From Guillardia theta CCMP2712 (lineage: Eukaryota > Protista > Cryptophyta): 64,000 nucleotides of DNA. Within the stretch, counting starts at the first letter, position 1; each line of letters opens with the position of its first letter. The notes below the pieces were generated by a model. The model made no database searches and was not told the origin of the DNA. It saw nothing but the letters and a program-made list of their open reading frames with translations. The stretch lies in assembly GCF_000315625.1 (NCBI RefSeq), contig NW_005434645.1, positions 45,477-109,476 of the forward strand, read 5' to 3'. Both the position numbers and the translations under genes were made by a program. Positions 1 to 11,800 of this stretch are shown here, one piece after another.

Positions 1-3000
1 CTCTTGTACGATCGATCGCTCTGCTGCTGCACTGGCCAGGGCTCGCCGTCCAGGTCCTGCCGTGAAGATCGACCCTCTGTGGAAGTTGTTGACAGATCTG
101 AGCTGCTCTGACTGCGATAGGCGATGTTTTCAGTGCTGCTCCTCACCTTCTTTTCAGTCGGCACGTGAGGACGTGGAGCCTGCCGGATCACTGCGAAGTC
201 TCGAACCTCCGGCCCATAGCGCTTGTCCTGCAAGCCGATAACGACTGCCGTGTGCGCTGCTCCGAGAAGCATCTCATTCACTTCCGTCACTTTCATCCCT
301 TGCACGCGAGCTCCGTCGATGGTCATGACCACACTTCCAACTTGAATTCCACACTTGGCAGCGCTGCTTCCCGCCTCGACATTGGAGACAAGAATCTTGC
401 CCGTCTTCTTCTCCAGGCCCAGCATCACACCCACCCCACAATGTTCCACGTTTGCTCGATGATCTCGAAGGTTCGAATGTCCTTCCAATTCTGCTTGAAC
501 CAGATTATCTGCATGTCCATTTTTCTCTTGCCTGTGCACGTCATGACCTGCAAAATCTGTGGACGGCCTGATGGGAAGAACGCGAGGAATTCTAACATTC
601 GAATCTTGTGAAGTTCCGTTGGAATTCAAGCGATGGAGTTCTTCTTTGACCGGCTTGATCTCTTCGATGATTTCAGGTACCTTTGAGGCAGGGTTGTCCT
701 TCTGTACAGGAATCTCTTCAGGAGCTGCATGCGTATTTGCCTCCACTTTGTCAACAATGTCGTTCCTTGTTTCAGCAGAAGGAGCGATGTGATTCCTGCT
801 ATCAAATCATAACCACACTAAATACTGAAGTAAAGGAGAACAAACCTGTTGGCATGGGAAAGATTTTCTTCAATAAGACTGTAGTCGCTTGCTATCTCTG
901 GAGAATTTTCAACTGTCTTCTTTGATTCATGATGGTAACCAACGTCTGAGCCTCCCAATGAATCTGTTCCTGTGAGGACCGCAGATTCTTTTCCTGACCT
1001 CGGAATTTCATGTGCTATCAATGTTTGGCTCTCGTCTACTTTACTTGCTACCAACGTTTGATTTTCTTCAGTCTCTGACTTCTCTTCGTCGCGCATTTTC
1101 AGTCTGCGAATGAGCTCGTTCTTTTCTTGCTCAGCCCGCTCGTTTAATCGCTTTGCTTTCTCAATCAAGTCTTCGCCTGAGAATGTAGATTTCATTGCTT
1201 CAGATTGAATCGCTGCTTCATGTTCCCCCTTCAACCTCTCCAGGTAGGTCCAGGCGTTCTGATAAGAGTTCTTGTTGGTATCTGGTACTTCAATCGGTCG
1301 TGTGAACAGATTCTTTTCAGCGCCGTTAAGGTCAGAAAGTTCCACATTATCATGCCGATTCTGCTGCAAGTGTCAAGAGAGCAATTTCACATCAGCAAGA
1401 AATTGAACCGCTGATGCTTTGTCAGAGCCGTTCACTGGAATTTCCCAGTTACTTGGGGATTCGAAAGAATTGCTGTCGTCATTCTTCAATTCCTTGGACT
1501 CTGATGAACGTAGAAGGGCGGTCATTCAACGATTGTGAGGGAAGAGATTACCTTGTAAGTATTTGTGCTCAATAGGTGCATCGTGAACTTCAGCAGCCTA
1601 AGAAATGCATCAGTCTTCGGACGATGATGATGACCAATACACACATCAGATGTAGCTTCTGTTTCTTTCTGTTTCTTTGCATCTGTTCGATATAATCTAA
1701 GATGGTTTTTATGGAAGCTAAATTGGGATTGCCTGTTATGAAGGACAGCAATGCTGCCTCGTTGGTGCTGTTTGGATTCAAGGCATATGCCAGCTTGATT
1801 GACAGCCAGTCAAACTGTTGAGCGCATTGAGTCAAACGACTTCGCCACAAGATCTAATCATTTCTTTTACCTGCTCTTCGTTCGGAGTGTGGTTATAACT
1901 GAAACAGTTTGAAACATATGGCATCATGAATCCATATTCTGACAGTTGCTTTTCCAACAACATCATTCTCGCAAAGCATGCATGGAGTTCTCTTACCGTA
2001 TATTCTGCTGAGAGTATACGTCCTTGAATCGCCATGGGATCATTGTAGATCGCAATCAAGGGAATTCTTCCAGTACGCATGAAAATTCTGTGAAGAACCA
2101 TCCGAAAATCCTGATCTACTTCGTTGTTATACAATTGATTCTCCGATCCTGCAGGCGCATCATCGTTAAAATGAATTGCCCAACAGATTGTAAAACAGAC
2201 CATCAACAGCAAGGATGTGAAAGGATTTGGGGTTCACTGAGAATGCATCGTCTCTTGATATGAGGTTGAGAAATTTGAGTTGCTTTGCTGGAAAATCTTT
2301 GAAATTTGTTGTCAGGATTTCAATTTCGAAACATGCAACACCTCACTCTTTTGATTGATGACGTCTGAAACATAATTTCTGATTTGCATGTCGATACCAC
2401 TGTTGTCTTCCGTGACAATCTTCGGACTCCCCTTTCAGATAACGCATTGAGAAAAATAGAACCTTACCGTTAACGTCTCAACTTTCGCTGGAATTGGAGC
2501 AAACATCGCTGCGGTAGAGGCTAAAATATCAAACAACACATTCTGTTGCGATTTGCTGAGCCTTGCATTGAACGAAAACAGTGAGTTTTCTATCGTGTCT
2601 TTGCTGAAACCCTCCTTCATGGCTGAGTCCTTGACTTCCATTGCACACACGGTGTTCATGTGTTGACTTTAAAAAAGTCAAAACAATTGCATTTCAGTCG
2701 ATCAATGGAAACCACCTTTCTGAATGATTACAGACGAACACAAACGGGCTTTTTCCTGCATTGAATGTTGAAACTCAGTGCAACAACCTTTCAGAATGAA
2801 AGTTCATCACCAGTCAAGTATTCCATTTGCAATAGAGGGAGCCTCATGTTCTCGAGAGGGTGTGAGAGCTCAGTCGACTTCTCATCAGTATATCTAAAGG
2901 TCTCATCAGTTCATATCGGAGCTTTCTGGGCAAAGTAGTTCTTACGGAACAAGTACAAACACGATGGCATCCATGCTGAGTTTTCTGTGCAATTCAACGG

Positions 3001-3430
3001 AAGCATCCTTCAGAGAAAATTCGACTAGTTGTATGGAGGTTTGTTCTAAAGACAGCAATCACAAAACCACCGAATAAAACAAAAGATCGGCACCAGCATA
3101 CTCTCCAAATGAAGCTTCCCAGATTGGATCGATTTGCTGTTTGAATCGAGTTATGTGAAATTCCAAGTCCTGTTTAGGAGTCAGATGATTGATGATGAGA
3201 AGAGAAAAGTGGATCAAACCTTGAACGAGGAAGATTCATGAACGATGAACGCTTGTGGGACTTTAGAAGTCATGACTCGAAGATGAATTGATTTCAAACA
3301 CCAAGATACAATGTTCTGCTGATTGTCTGAAGGAATACAGCTATGACAATCTTTCAAGTTGTTGCTTGCTGAGTCTCGAAGTGTGTCCTCCTCATCTCCT
3401 CGTTTCCAACTCGCACTTTCCCGCGCATTG
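1..3430 (-). CDS. Multi-exon protein with a PDZ domain in its C-terminal part; runs off the window edge, 5' end uncertain
   Basis: Minus-strand translation of ~180-445 gives CGVGVMLGLEKKTGKILVSNVEAGSSAAKCGIQVGSVVMTIDGARVQGMKVTEVNEMLLGAAHTAVVIGL, a typical PDZ pattern absent from the ORF track. ORFs 818-1369, 1590-1850, 1832-2212 and 2435-2659 appear linked by short GT-AG introns. Confidence 0.7.
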
Positions 3431-3459
3431 CGAATGTCTCCTTGTGCATTCTGATCAGT

Positions 3460-4070
3460 GCTGCACCTCGCCTAACTACCCTACCCGCTCAAATCTACCC
3501 TACCTTCCGTAAGCCATGCTTGATGACCCTACCCCTGACTTCCTCCTCCACTCCACCATCACCCCTCCTGCTACACCTCTGTTCCCTGACCCACCCTATT
3601 CAAATAAGTACACTTCCAATACCTGTGCCTACCCACCCCACCAATCTATAATTCACCCCTGGGTCCCTATGCGAATTCAAACTACCCTCCGTTGAATGTT
3701 CCTGGCAACCACCCTACCTAGCTAGCTTCGCATTGACCACCCCTCTCTGGACTACCCTACCTCCCTTTCACCGACCTCCCTCTTCACCCGGTCATACCAC
3801 CACAGAGTCGGTACTACTTTCACCCCGCCAGCAATTTTCAAATCGGTACCCCTACCCCCTCAAGTAAGAGTCTTTAGCACCAACCACCCCCTTGTCTTCC
3901 CTTCAAACTCCCCTCCCTGTTTCTACGTCCAGTTCTTCGGATATCAAATCATCTAGCTCATGTACCCTACCCACCCTCCGACCAATGGCTGCCAAGCTGA
4001 TCGGTCGGACCCCTCCCAAAAGACCCCAACGGCGGTTCTACCCACCCCCACTGTCCATGATACGGTACCC
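3460..4070. promoter_or_regulatory. C-rich CTACCC/ACCC tract upstream of the minus-strand PDZ gene
   Basis: Dense ctaccc/caccc motifs (e.g. ctaccctaccc 3476-3486), no credible coding signal. Mirrors the G-rich tract at 5490-5800. Confidence 0.45.
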
Positions 4071-4150
4071 CGGGGGTGGGTCATGTTCCTACCGCTCATT
4101 CGGGCCAGCTAGGCCTGTTGGAAGTTTATTTCGTACCTTCAGTCTATTAG

Positions 4151-4187
4151 CTCAGTCGTTTACTCAAAGTTAAGTTAAAATCAGTAC
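4151..4187 (+). repeat. Dispersed ~37-bp repeat, copy 1 (ctcagtcgtttactcaaagttaagttaaaatcagtac)
   Basis: Near-identical to 44955-44992 and similar to 5314-5339; its reverse complement core is at 5183-5198. Confidence 0.85.
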
Positions 4188-5182
4188 CAAGACAGTCTAT
4201 CCTGTGAACCACCCCTGCTAATTCCCTAAACTGCTCGGTCAGTGGCACCGGTAGCCGGGGTCTCGCTCTCCCGCCAGTCTAAATGTGTAGTAGTACCGGT
4301 GATTTTCCTACCAGGAGATCTGGCGGAAGTTTTCATGTCATGGAGCTAGGCTGTGGCATGCATAACTGGAGCTACTTCTGGATCGGCGAACAAGGTACAA
4401 CTGCACAACAATCTTCGAATGCCTTGAAACGGATGTTCCATCTCGCGGCAGCAATCTCTGGTCACAAGTTCTTTACGGTTCAAAATTTATCTTTTGGTCT
4501 TCAAATGCCGGCGGGCACGCTCTCTCTCTCTCTCTCTCTCTCTGTTATCTGAACTCCGAAGTTCTCTCCTCAGACTCTCTTATCTTATCCTCCTTCTCTC
4601 GTCATTGCATCAGCTCGCCAGGCATCTCCCTTATCTCTGCACTGCACATCTAATAGCCCTGCATGAAAATCTTCTTCAGAATGGACTATCCTTGAATGGT
4701 TATTGCCCACTCAGCATGACTGTGAACTTGACGTTGTATCATCGTATCTTGACTTGGATCTGCTGACATTCTTGTTTGTGTGACTTTCTGACGTCCGATG
4801 TAACGTACTATTTCAGAAACTCGGGGGGAGGATGGAACGTATGCCAGCCGTGCCAGTCAGATAGCGCCGAGTTAACAAAAACTCTCCTGTAAACCAAGAC
4901 GACTTACGTGGCGAGGCGGCATGTAGTACGTGGGATGAAGAGGGGACTTTCCTAGCCGTCTTGCTAAGGTCCTCTCATGTCTGGATGCTTGGGTTTCACA
5001 TCCTAGCATACAGTCTATCTCTCATGTGCTCCTCAATGCTGGTTTTTGTGTGCATTAAACTCGGTCTTGAGCAAAAACTGTCTTGTTACAACTAAGGTCG
5101 ATGTGACGTCTGCGGCGTGACTTTGGACTAGTACAAGTCTAACAAACTTGTATTCCGTCAAACCACCCGTTAGTGTGACACA

Positions 5183-5339
5183 TTAACTTTGAGTAAAGTT
5201 TACGACGACCGGGTGGCCGGCCGGCCCGGCCTGGCCCGGGGCGGCGGGTCCGGGTACTTCACTAGCAGCTGAGCCCGGGCCGTAACCCGAGCGGCCAGGC
5301 TGGCCGCAAGCATCTTTACTCAAACTTAAGTTAAAAATC
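5183..5339. mobile_element. MITE-like unit: inverted repeats ttaactttgagtaaag / ctttactcaaacttaa around a ~115-bp GC-rich core
   Basis: 5183-5198 is the reverse complement of 5314-5329 with one mismatch. The core is rich in ggcc/cccggg. No transposase is visible. Confidence 0.45.
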
Positions 5340-5489
5340 TGGTAGTCACTACATAAAGGTTCGGATAATTCCCCAAATATTATTTTCAATTTTAGAATTA
5401 GCTGATTATATTTAAAAAAATAATTCAACTTGACTTCCGGTGGCAACTCCCAAGAAATGCCGAGGGTCTCGACACGTTCGGGGTGAAAT

Positions 5490-5800
5490 CTGTAGGTGTG
5501 ATGGTGTACCAGGGGTAGGGTCAATGATTTTATCAACGGAGGGGTACTTTTCATGTTTAATTGAGGGGTAGTGGTAGTCAGTGTTGGGGGTGGAAATGGG
5601 TGGAGCTAGGTAGGGTGATAGGATCGGGGGTACCCCACCTGCTGACCATCCTTGCCTTATAGGTTGATGGTGGGGTCTGGCATGATTCATAGGGGTAGGG
5701 GTTCAGTAAGGTATGAAAATACCGGGTACGTTTCATTCTCGTCATTCGATGGGAAGGGGGTAGGGGTACAAAGTTTGGGGTGTCGGGGTACTGTGGAGAG
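5490..5800. promoter_or_regulatory. G-rich GGGTAGGG tract upstream of the mitochondrial carrier gene
   Basis: Repeated ggggtaggg/gggtg motifs (e.g. 5512-5520, ~5692-5701, ~5756-5767). Confidence 0.45.
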
Positions 5801-6240
5801 GGCGCATGCAAGGAGATGGCGTTGCTGCAATGGGGGCAGTAGGCCGTGGGAGGAGAGGCGAAGAGCGGCATGAGAACCGGCATGCAGAGAATCATAAGAG
5901 GGGAGAGGAAGAGATAGGACATGACATGAGTTGTGTTGATAAGGGGGGCGATCTCCCGTCTGAGTTGCCATGCACCATTCCGAACCGGACCTCGCTCGCC
6001 CACAGTTGGTGTGATGTGTTGATGGACGTGCTGCACGAGTCGCGAGTTTTGGCAAGAGGCCATGTTGTTGTGAAAGGAATGCTGATCAGGATGTTGAACG
6101 AGTCAGAGTATCCCGCGTGTGTGTTTGTTCATATGATAGGCGATGTTGAAACGCAGAGGAATCTCAAAGTCGGTAGCGAAGCGTGATCGAGGATTGTGTC
6201 ATCGTCAAGTAATCATGTGCTTGCAGGATTGGATGCAAAC

Positions 6241-7599
6241 ATGAGTGCTTCTCCAGCCGTACAATCGAACAACATCACTTCCTTTGCCCACAGACATCCT
6301 GAAGCCAACTCCACCAACCTTGAAGACTCGGTCCGCGTCACGCGCCGTCCCAAGCAGCTCGATGACACGAACAAGAAGAATTGGAAATATTTGATAGCAG
6401 GAGGTGTAGGTGGAATGACCGGGGCTGTGCTGACATGCCCGATGGAAGTCATGAAGACTCAGCTGCAGTCGAAAGGGTATCACCAATACGGAATCACTAC
6501 AATTGCGTCGCGCACCCTCCAGAGCGAAGGGCTGTTCGGCTTCTGGAAGGGGATCGGGCCCATGCTGGTGGCTGTCGTTCCAGCGCGAGGGGTCTACTTC
6601 TGGACGTACAACAGCACCAAGGGCTCTCTGCTCAGCCGAGGGCACGCCGACGAGGCCCCTGTACACCTTGCCTCGGCCGTCGTGGCTGGGGGCTTGTCGG
6701 CCACGATCATCAACCCTGTCTGGGTGAGCGCACGCTCTTCCTATTTCCTTCCTCTCCTCATCGTTGCGCAGGTTGTGAAGACCCGGTTGCAGCTCCAGAG
6801 CAGGGACTTGAACTCCAACAGCCGGTATGCTGGCGTGCAGTACAAGGGCTCCCTTCATGTGAGGCTTCGTGAGAATGACGTGATGGGTTCGCCCTGAGAT
6901 GGTGCACAGGCTGTCCGTCAGATCTTGCGGGAGGAAGGAGCCCGGGGCTTCTTCAAAGGGTTGGTGCCGAGGTATGAGAGATTGCAGTGAGCTGTGAACT
7001 CGGGTTGTTTGTGAGACTGGGTCCAGTTATTGGGGAATCTCCGAGAGCGCGCTGCACTTTGTTCTGTACGAGTACTTGAAGAACACGATCCACTTCCGGA
7101 AGCAAGGCATGTCGGAGGAGTCTTCTAAGAAGCTGTCGAACCTCGAGTACCTGTCGACGGCAGCGATCGCCAAATTCGCGGCTTCGGTGTCAACTTACCC
7201 CCATGAGGTGACCGGGTACATGCTTCTTGCCAAGGATGCCGATCTTGCCGCTCGCAGGTTATCCGAACTCGCATGAGGGAGAGAGGAGCGAGCGAGGTGA
7301 GGACAGCTTTGAGGTGTTGGCGGGAGGTGACTGAGTGCGGTTGCAGATCTACAAATCTTCCATCCACTGTGTTAGGAAGATCTGGATAGAGGAGGGAATG
7401 AGGTATCCCCTTGTTGCTGCCTGCCTGCTTCATCCTCATACCTCACCGCAGGGGATTGTATGGAGGGCTCTTCATGCACTTGCTCCGCGTCGTTCCTAAC
7501 ACTGCCATCCTCTTCTTCACCTACGAGAAAGTTTCGGTGACTTCGGTGACGTGTGTCCTGGACCTCGCTAACGAGAGGGTGCAGGCGTGGCTGTCGTAA
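6241..7599 (+). CDS. Mitochondrial carrier (SLC25), RIM2/SLC25A33/36-like pyrimidine nucleotide carrier
   Basis: Three carrier signatures: TCPMEVMKTQLQ, INPVWVVKTRLQL and TYPHEVIRTRMRE. SYWGISES and RVVPNTAILF fit the RIM2 clade. Short GT-AG introns include 6724-6771 and 6859-6909. Stop TAA at 7597-7599. Confidence 0.9.
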
Positions 7600-7769
7600 C
7601 ACCCAAGAAGTCAATCATGTTCCTGATTTGTAGCATAGAGACAGAAACTTGTACGTTAGCAACCCCATCGTCGAGCAGAGGAAACTGGTTCTCCATTCAT
7701 TGAATGCTATTATTCGTTCCTCGAGACTCCAGGTGTGCATGCAAGGCGGCGAGCTGCTCCCATAGAGCT

Positions 7770-9342
7770 CTACAAGCCGTAGACAGCAGCCAGCCCCGGG
7801 CTAAGCCTGCAGCACTCCTTGAACAGTCTCAGCGCCTTGTTCGGGTCCTCTGCGAACATGTGTGACTACAGTTCAAGGTCAGCTGGACGCTGCAGTGAAT
7901 ACCTGCCTCCGCCAGCTCCGCCTCACGGAAGACGCGGTAGGCCTCCCGGTCGTTGGGCTCATCGAAGATCTTCGGGTCCCTCTGGTAGAGGATGTCCGAG
8001 CGAATCATGTACTTCATGCACCCTTCCCCCACCGGCTCGCCTTCATGCAGCGTGTCCTGCCTCCCATCTTCACCCCACGAGCAACAGACGAGGCGGGAGG
8101 ACCTGAAAGAAGAAGAGCGCGCTGCCTGCTCTCGGAGACACGCTCGAGCGTATCCTGTGGTCTTCGAAGCGATGCCTGCCCTCACTGTCCTTCACGAACG
8201 TCTCCTGCTCTGATTCAGCTCCCACTCAACGCTCGCCATCCCTCATCCACCTGCACGTGATCGCCGAGCGCATCTCCTGACTCCTCCATCATCCTCGTCG
8301 CACCTCCCTGAGTTGACAGTGAGGAGACAAGGCTGTTAACCAGCTCAGCCACCTTGGGGCAGTCGTTGAGGTAGAACAGCGCTGAGTACATGGACCGCGT
8401 GTTGAAGTCAATAATGGTGTAGCCGTCCGTGTGAGGGGAGAAGTGACCGCCGGGGTGATATCGATTGAACAACATGTTAGGATTCAGACCCACTGCCACC
8501 CATGTGCCCTCCAGCTCACGGGACCATCTGCTCTGCTCGCAGCACCTCAGTTTCTTCTCTCTTCTGGCACTTGCCGCAGTTACCTCTCCCGGAGATATGG
8601 TCACACAGGGCACGACGAGGTGCTTGATGCGCGACCACAAATCTTGCGCAAACTTTTCATTGATGATCTCGATCGTGTCTGCGTTCCTGTAGTCTGTTCT
8701 TGTGCTGCCGAGCCAAGAGAGTGTTCAGCGGATGTCTAGCTAAAGGGGGAATATTCAACCTGTCAGGATTCCAGAAAGAATAACCCATCTTCTCCGTCTC
8801 CGCGATCAGCCTTGAGCATTCATCTTGGAGAATCACTTGGTTGACCGTGAAGCCATCTATCCCGTTGCCTACATCTTCTCTCTGCAAGAGATTGTTCCAG
8901 TCCTTGTCACCTTTCAAGACAGTCACCACAATCACGGACAGATGCGAGGAAGAAATTTACCGTGAGAAGCGAGAACTTCATCGATAGACTTTGAGCTCGT
9001 GATCCCTTCTTTGTACACTGCGCGAATACTCGCGAGGTCTATATCGTCTCCCCCCTCGCCATGCTGGCTCGACTGGCTCGACTCTCTCTCAGAATCTTCT
9101 CCTTCAGCAGAGCATATCGGTCTCTGCTCTGAGGGAACGGAGCCAAACGACCTAAGCTTGTAGGGGGTGTACGGATCACCGCTGATCACGGATGATGCCT
9201 TGTGTTGTGACATGGTCGTATCCCGTGGCTCTTCGTCATCGCTGTCGGCAATGGCGTTGAGAAAGTCTACCGCAAGGTTGCCTCCCATGTCGTCTTCCTC
9301 CAGACCCGTTGCTGCATGTATCGCATCGCACCCTCCCGGCAT
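7770..9342 (-). CDS. 2OG-Fe(II) oxygenase, prolyl-4-hydroxylase-like
   Basis: FNRYHPGGHFSPHTDG (HxD), SALFYLND, GGATR, and LHEGEPVGEGCMKYMIRSDILY (distal His, Lys/Arg). The spliced last exon ends ...LSPGLAAVYGL*. Confidence 0.85.
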
Positions 9343-9979
9343 TCTCAACACCGGGAGATGCGCCCCCGCGAGGTCAAGCAGGATGAGGAGCGGGGGAAGG
9401 AGGAGGACAAGGAAGTGAAGACGTAAAATCGTTATCAGCGATCCTCTTCTTCCTGCACATGGACGAGGTCATGAATCGAGGCACGACATCGCAAAGCAAG
9501 CATTGGAACGGCAGACAGCGCTCCCCGCATGCGTCAGCCTCGTTCATGCTACCCTTCGCTTCTCAACATCGTGAAGCTATCAGCTCCGTATCTGCTCTAT
9601 GCTCCTGTCACAATCCACTCATCTTGTGCATGGTATACTGAGCCTTCCTTCCTGCATCTCTCAATTTCCTGCCTCTCTCGTATTATACCTCTGCTCATCG
9701 CACTGAATTTTCTCTCTCCCATAGATAGCTTCGCTCGCTCGCTCCTATCGCCCCCCTTCCCTCCCTTCCTCCTGGTTCTTGTAACCGCTTCCATTCTTGT
9801 TATGTTGTCTCTCCCTCCCTCCCTCGTTCCCTCCTTCTCCTTCCCTTCACATACTTGCTAATGGCCTCATGCCATATTTACTCGAGTCGCTTCACGTTCT
9901 GGTAACGACGCCCGTTTCATTCGCAACATAACGTGATTGAAACCGTTTTTGTAACGGATAACGGCAGGACGGAGGCGCC

Positions 9980-11493
9980 ATGGTGGTAGCAAAGGAGATC
10001 GAGGGATGGCTGGAGAAGATACCGCTGAGGAAGGGGATGAAGAACCTGGCGAGGGACTTCAGCGATGGCTGCATGTGTGCGGAGGTCATCAAGAACTTCC
10101 TGCCCACGGCCGTCGACCTTCACAACTACTCGGAGTCCCTCTCGGTGGCCAGGAAGCGAGAGAATTGGATAGTTCTGAACCACAAGGTCCTGAAGAAGCA
10201 TCTTGGCATCAATCTAGGGAAGGGGGACATTGAGGATCTTTGCAGTGGCGCCAACGATTCTGCTGAGAAGCTCCTGCTGCAGATCAAGAAGAAGATAGAA
10301 TCGAAACTGTCCAAAGTAGCCCAGACAAAGAAGGAGCAACAGGCTGGCGCGAAGGTAAACGACGCGAAGCAATTACACAGGGAGCAAGGGAAGACAGATA
10401 GAGAAGAGAAATCGTATGCAATAGAGGAAAGAATGCCTGAGGCAAAAGCTCCGACACAGGAAAACAAGAACCCATATCAAGCTCGACTCGACTCTCTCGA
10501 AAGCCCTCATGCTGTTTCTGATTATGACCAGCAGCCATCACATCGGAAGTTCTTCGAACCGCAGAACCTCATGAGCAGAGGACAACAGCCCGTTCAACCA
10601 AGCAGTTACCAGGGAAATGACAGGAATGGTTATGAGCAAAACTTTGCCATGAACAAGATGTTGCTGGAGATGGCCAACTACAACCTGTCACAGTTTGATC
10701 TTCGACGGAATGCTGCAAAGCCGCCGCCAGAGAAAGAAGTAATCTTGCCAGATGTGCATGTCAAACAGCAGACTCGGCAGGACTCAGACAAGAAGATGGA
10801 TCCTGGGAGGAGACCGAGGGGAATCATCAAAGGAGGGACCCCTGCTCTCTCCAAGAAGGGATCGGAACGGGTCCCTGCTGCCCCGTCGTCGTCAGGCTCG
10901 AAGCAAGCAGCAAGTTCTGCAGGAGTAGCCCCGAGCAGGTCGAGAATGGTGGCAACGAAGAGAGGAGTTGGGTTCTCAAGGTGCTTGCACCCTGCGATGT
11001 GTTGGAGGTCGAATAGCGCCTGACTGTTTCTCGACAGGGAAGCATGGCCGGAGGAGGAAAGCAACGTGGACGGGAATGGACGCGATGTAGTCTCTGAGTG
11101 CAACTCGATCCTCTCCGACGTTCGGAGTGTGTATGATCAGCTCGAGAGCTCCCTCGCCGCGCTGGAGGAGCGAGTGAGGGTCACAAACGGAGGCTTGCAA
11201 GGCTTTTCAGGTCTCGTAGCGTGCCCGCACTGTCGCTGCTGGATGTACTGAAGTTTTCTTTTCCCCGCAGAGTTCTCCGGCATGAACGGAATCGATGACC
11301 ATGAATCTCATATGGGTGGCAGTGAGTTTCGCAGGATGTACAGTCAACTCAACGAGTATCCCTGGTGAAAGACGAAGAAGCCTGTTTTTTATGGCCGATT
11401 TTTATTCACTTTGTATTCTGCAGGTTCAATCCTTATGTCGCGCAATTCAGGAGAGGGCGTTCGGCTGACCTCCAATCATTCCATGAGCGTTAG
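9980..11493 (+). CDS. SPEF1/CLAMP-type calponin-homology (CH_2/DUF1042) domain protein, probably microtubule or flagellum associated
   Basis: N-terminus WLEKIPL..KNLARDFSDGCMCAEVIKNFLP..VDLHNY...S...KRENWIVLNHKVLKK is the SPEF1 CH signature. Further exons by hand to TAG at 11491-11493. Confidence 0.8.
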
Positions 11494-11569
11494 AATGCTT
11501 GGGAACTTTCCAGGTCTTACATGTTTGGCAATAAATTTTAGCACCGTGATTGAACTTTCTCGTTGCATC

Positions 11570-11800
11570 AGGGCCTCAGGCTAGCAAACTTGAAACACTG
11601 ATACCATACGGTACCGTCGGTCGCTGGTGCCACTGTCTGAAGTTCAAGGCTCCCGGGGCAGTCCCCTCATCACTCGGAGTCATCCGATTATCCCCGCCGT
11701 GTCCGAGTGAGTCTCCGTTGTCGGAACGGTCAGAGTCACGGCCGCCCGGCCGCACGGCGGCCCGGGCCCGGCCCCGGCCGTCAAAGAGTTTTCCGAATTT
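11570..11800. repeat. GC-rich CCCGGG/GGCC island sharing modules with the 44.5-45.2 kb island
   Basis: tgaagttcaaggctccc (11638-11654) matches the reverse complement of gggagcctgaacttca (44744-44759) with one indel. gtccgagt and gtcacgg modules are also shared. Confidence 0.6.

Noticed and set aside
5183-5335. piggyBac assignment from TTAA at the repeat ends
   Set aside because: TTAA is part of the conserved motif itself (gttaagttaa), typical piggyBac CCC/GGG termini are absent and there is no transposase. Left unclassified.
5578-6186. ORFs of 120-160 aa in the G-rich intergenic tracts (also 28575-29482, 44311-44769, 58093-58509)
   Set aside because: Compositional artefacts (Pro/Thr/Gly/Arg-rich) with no family motifs.
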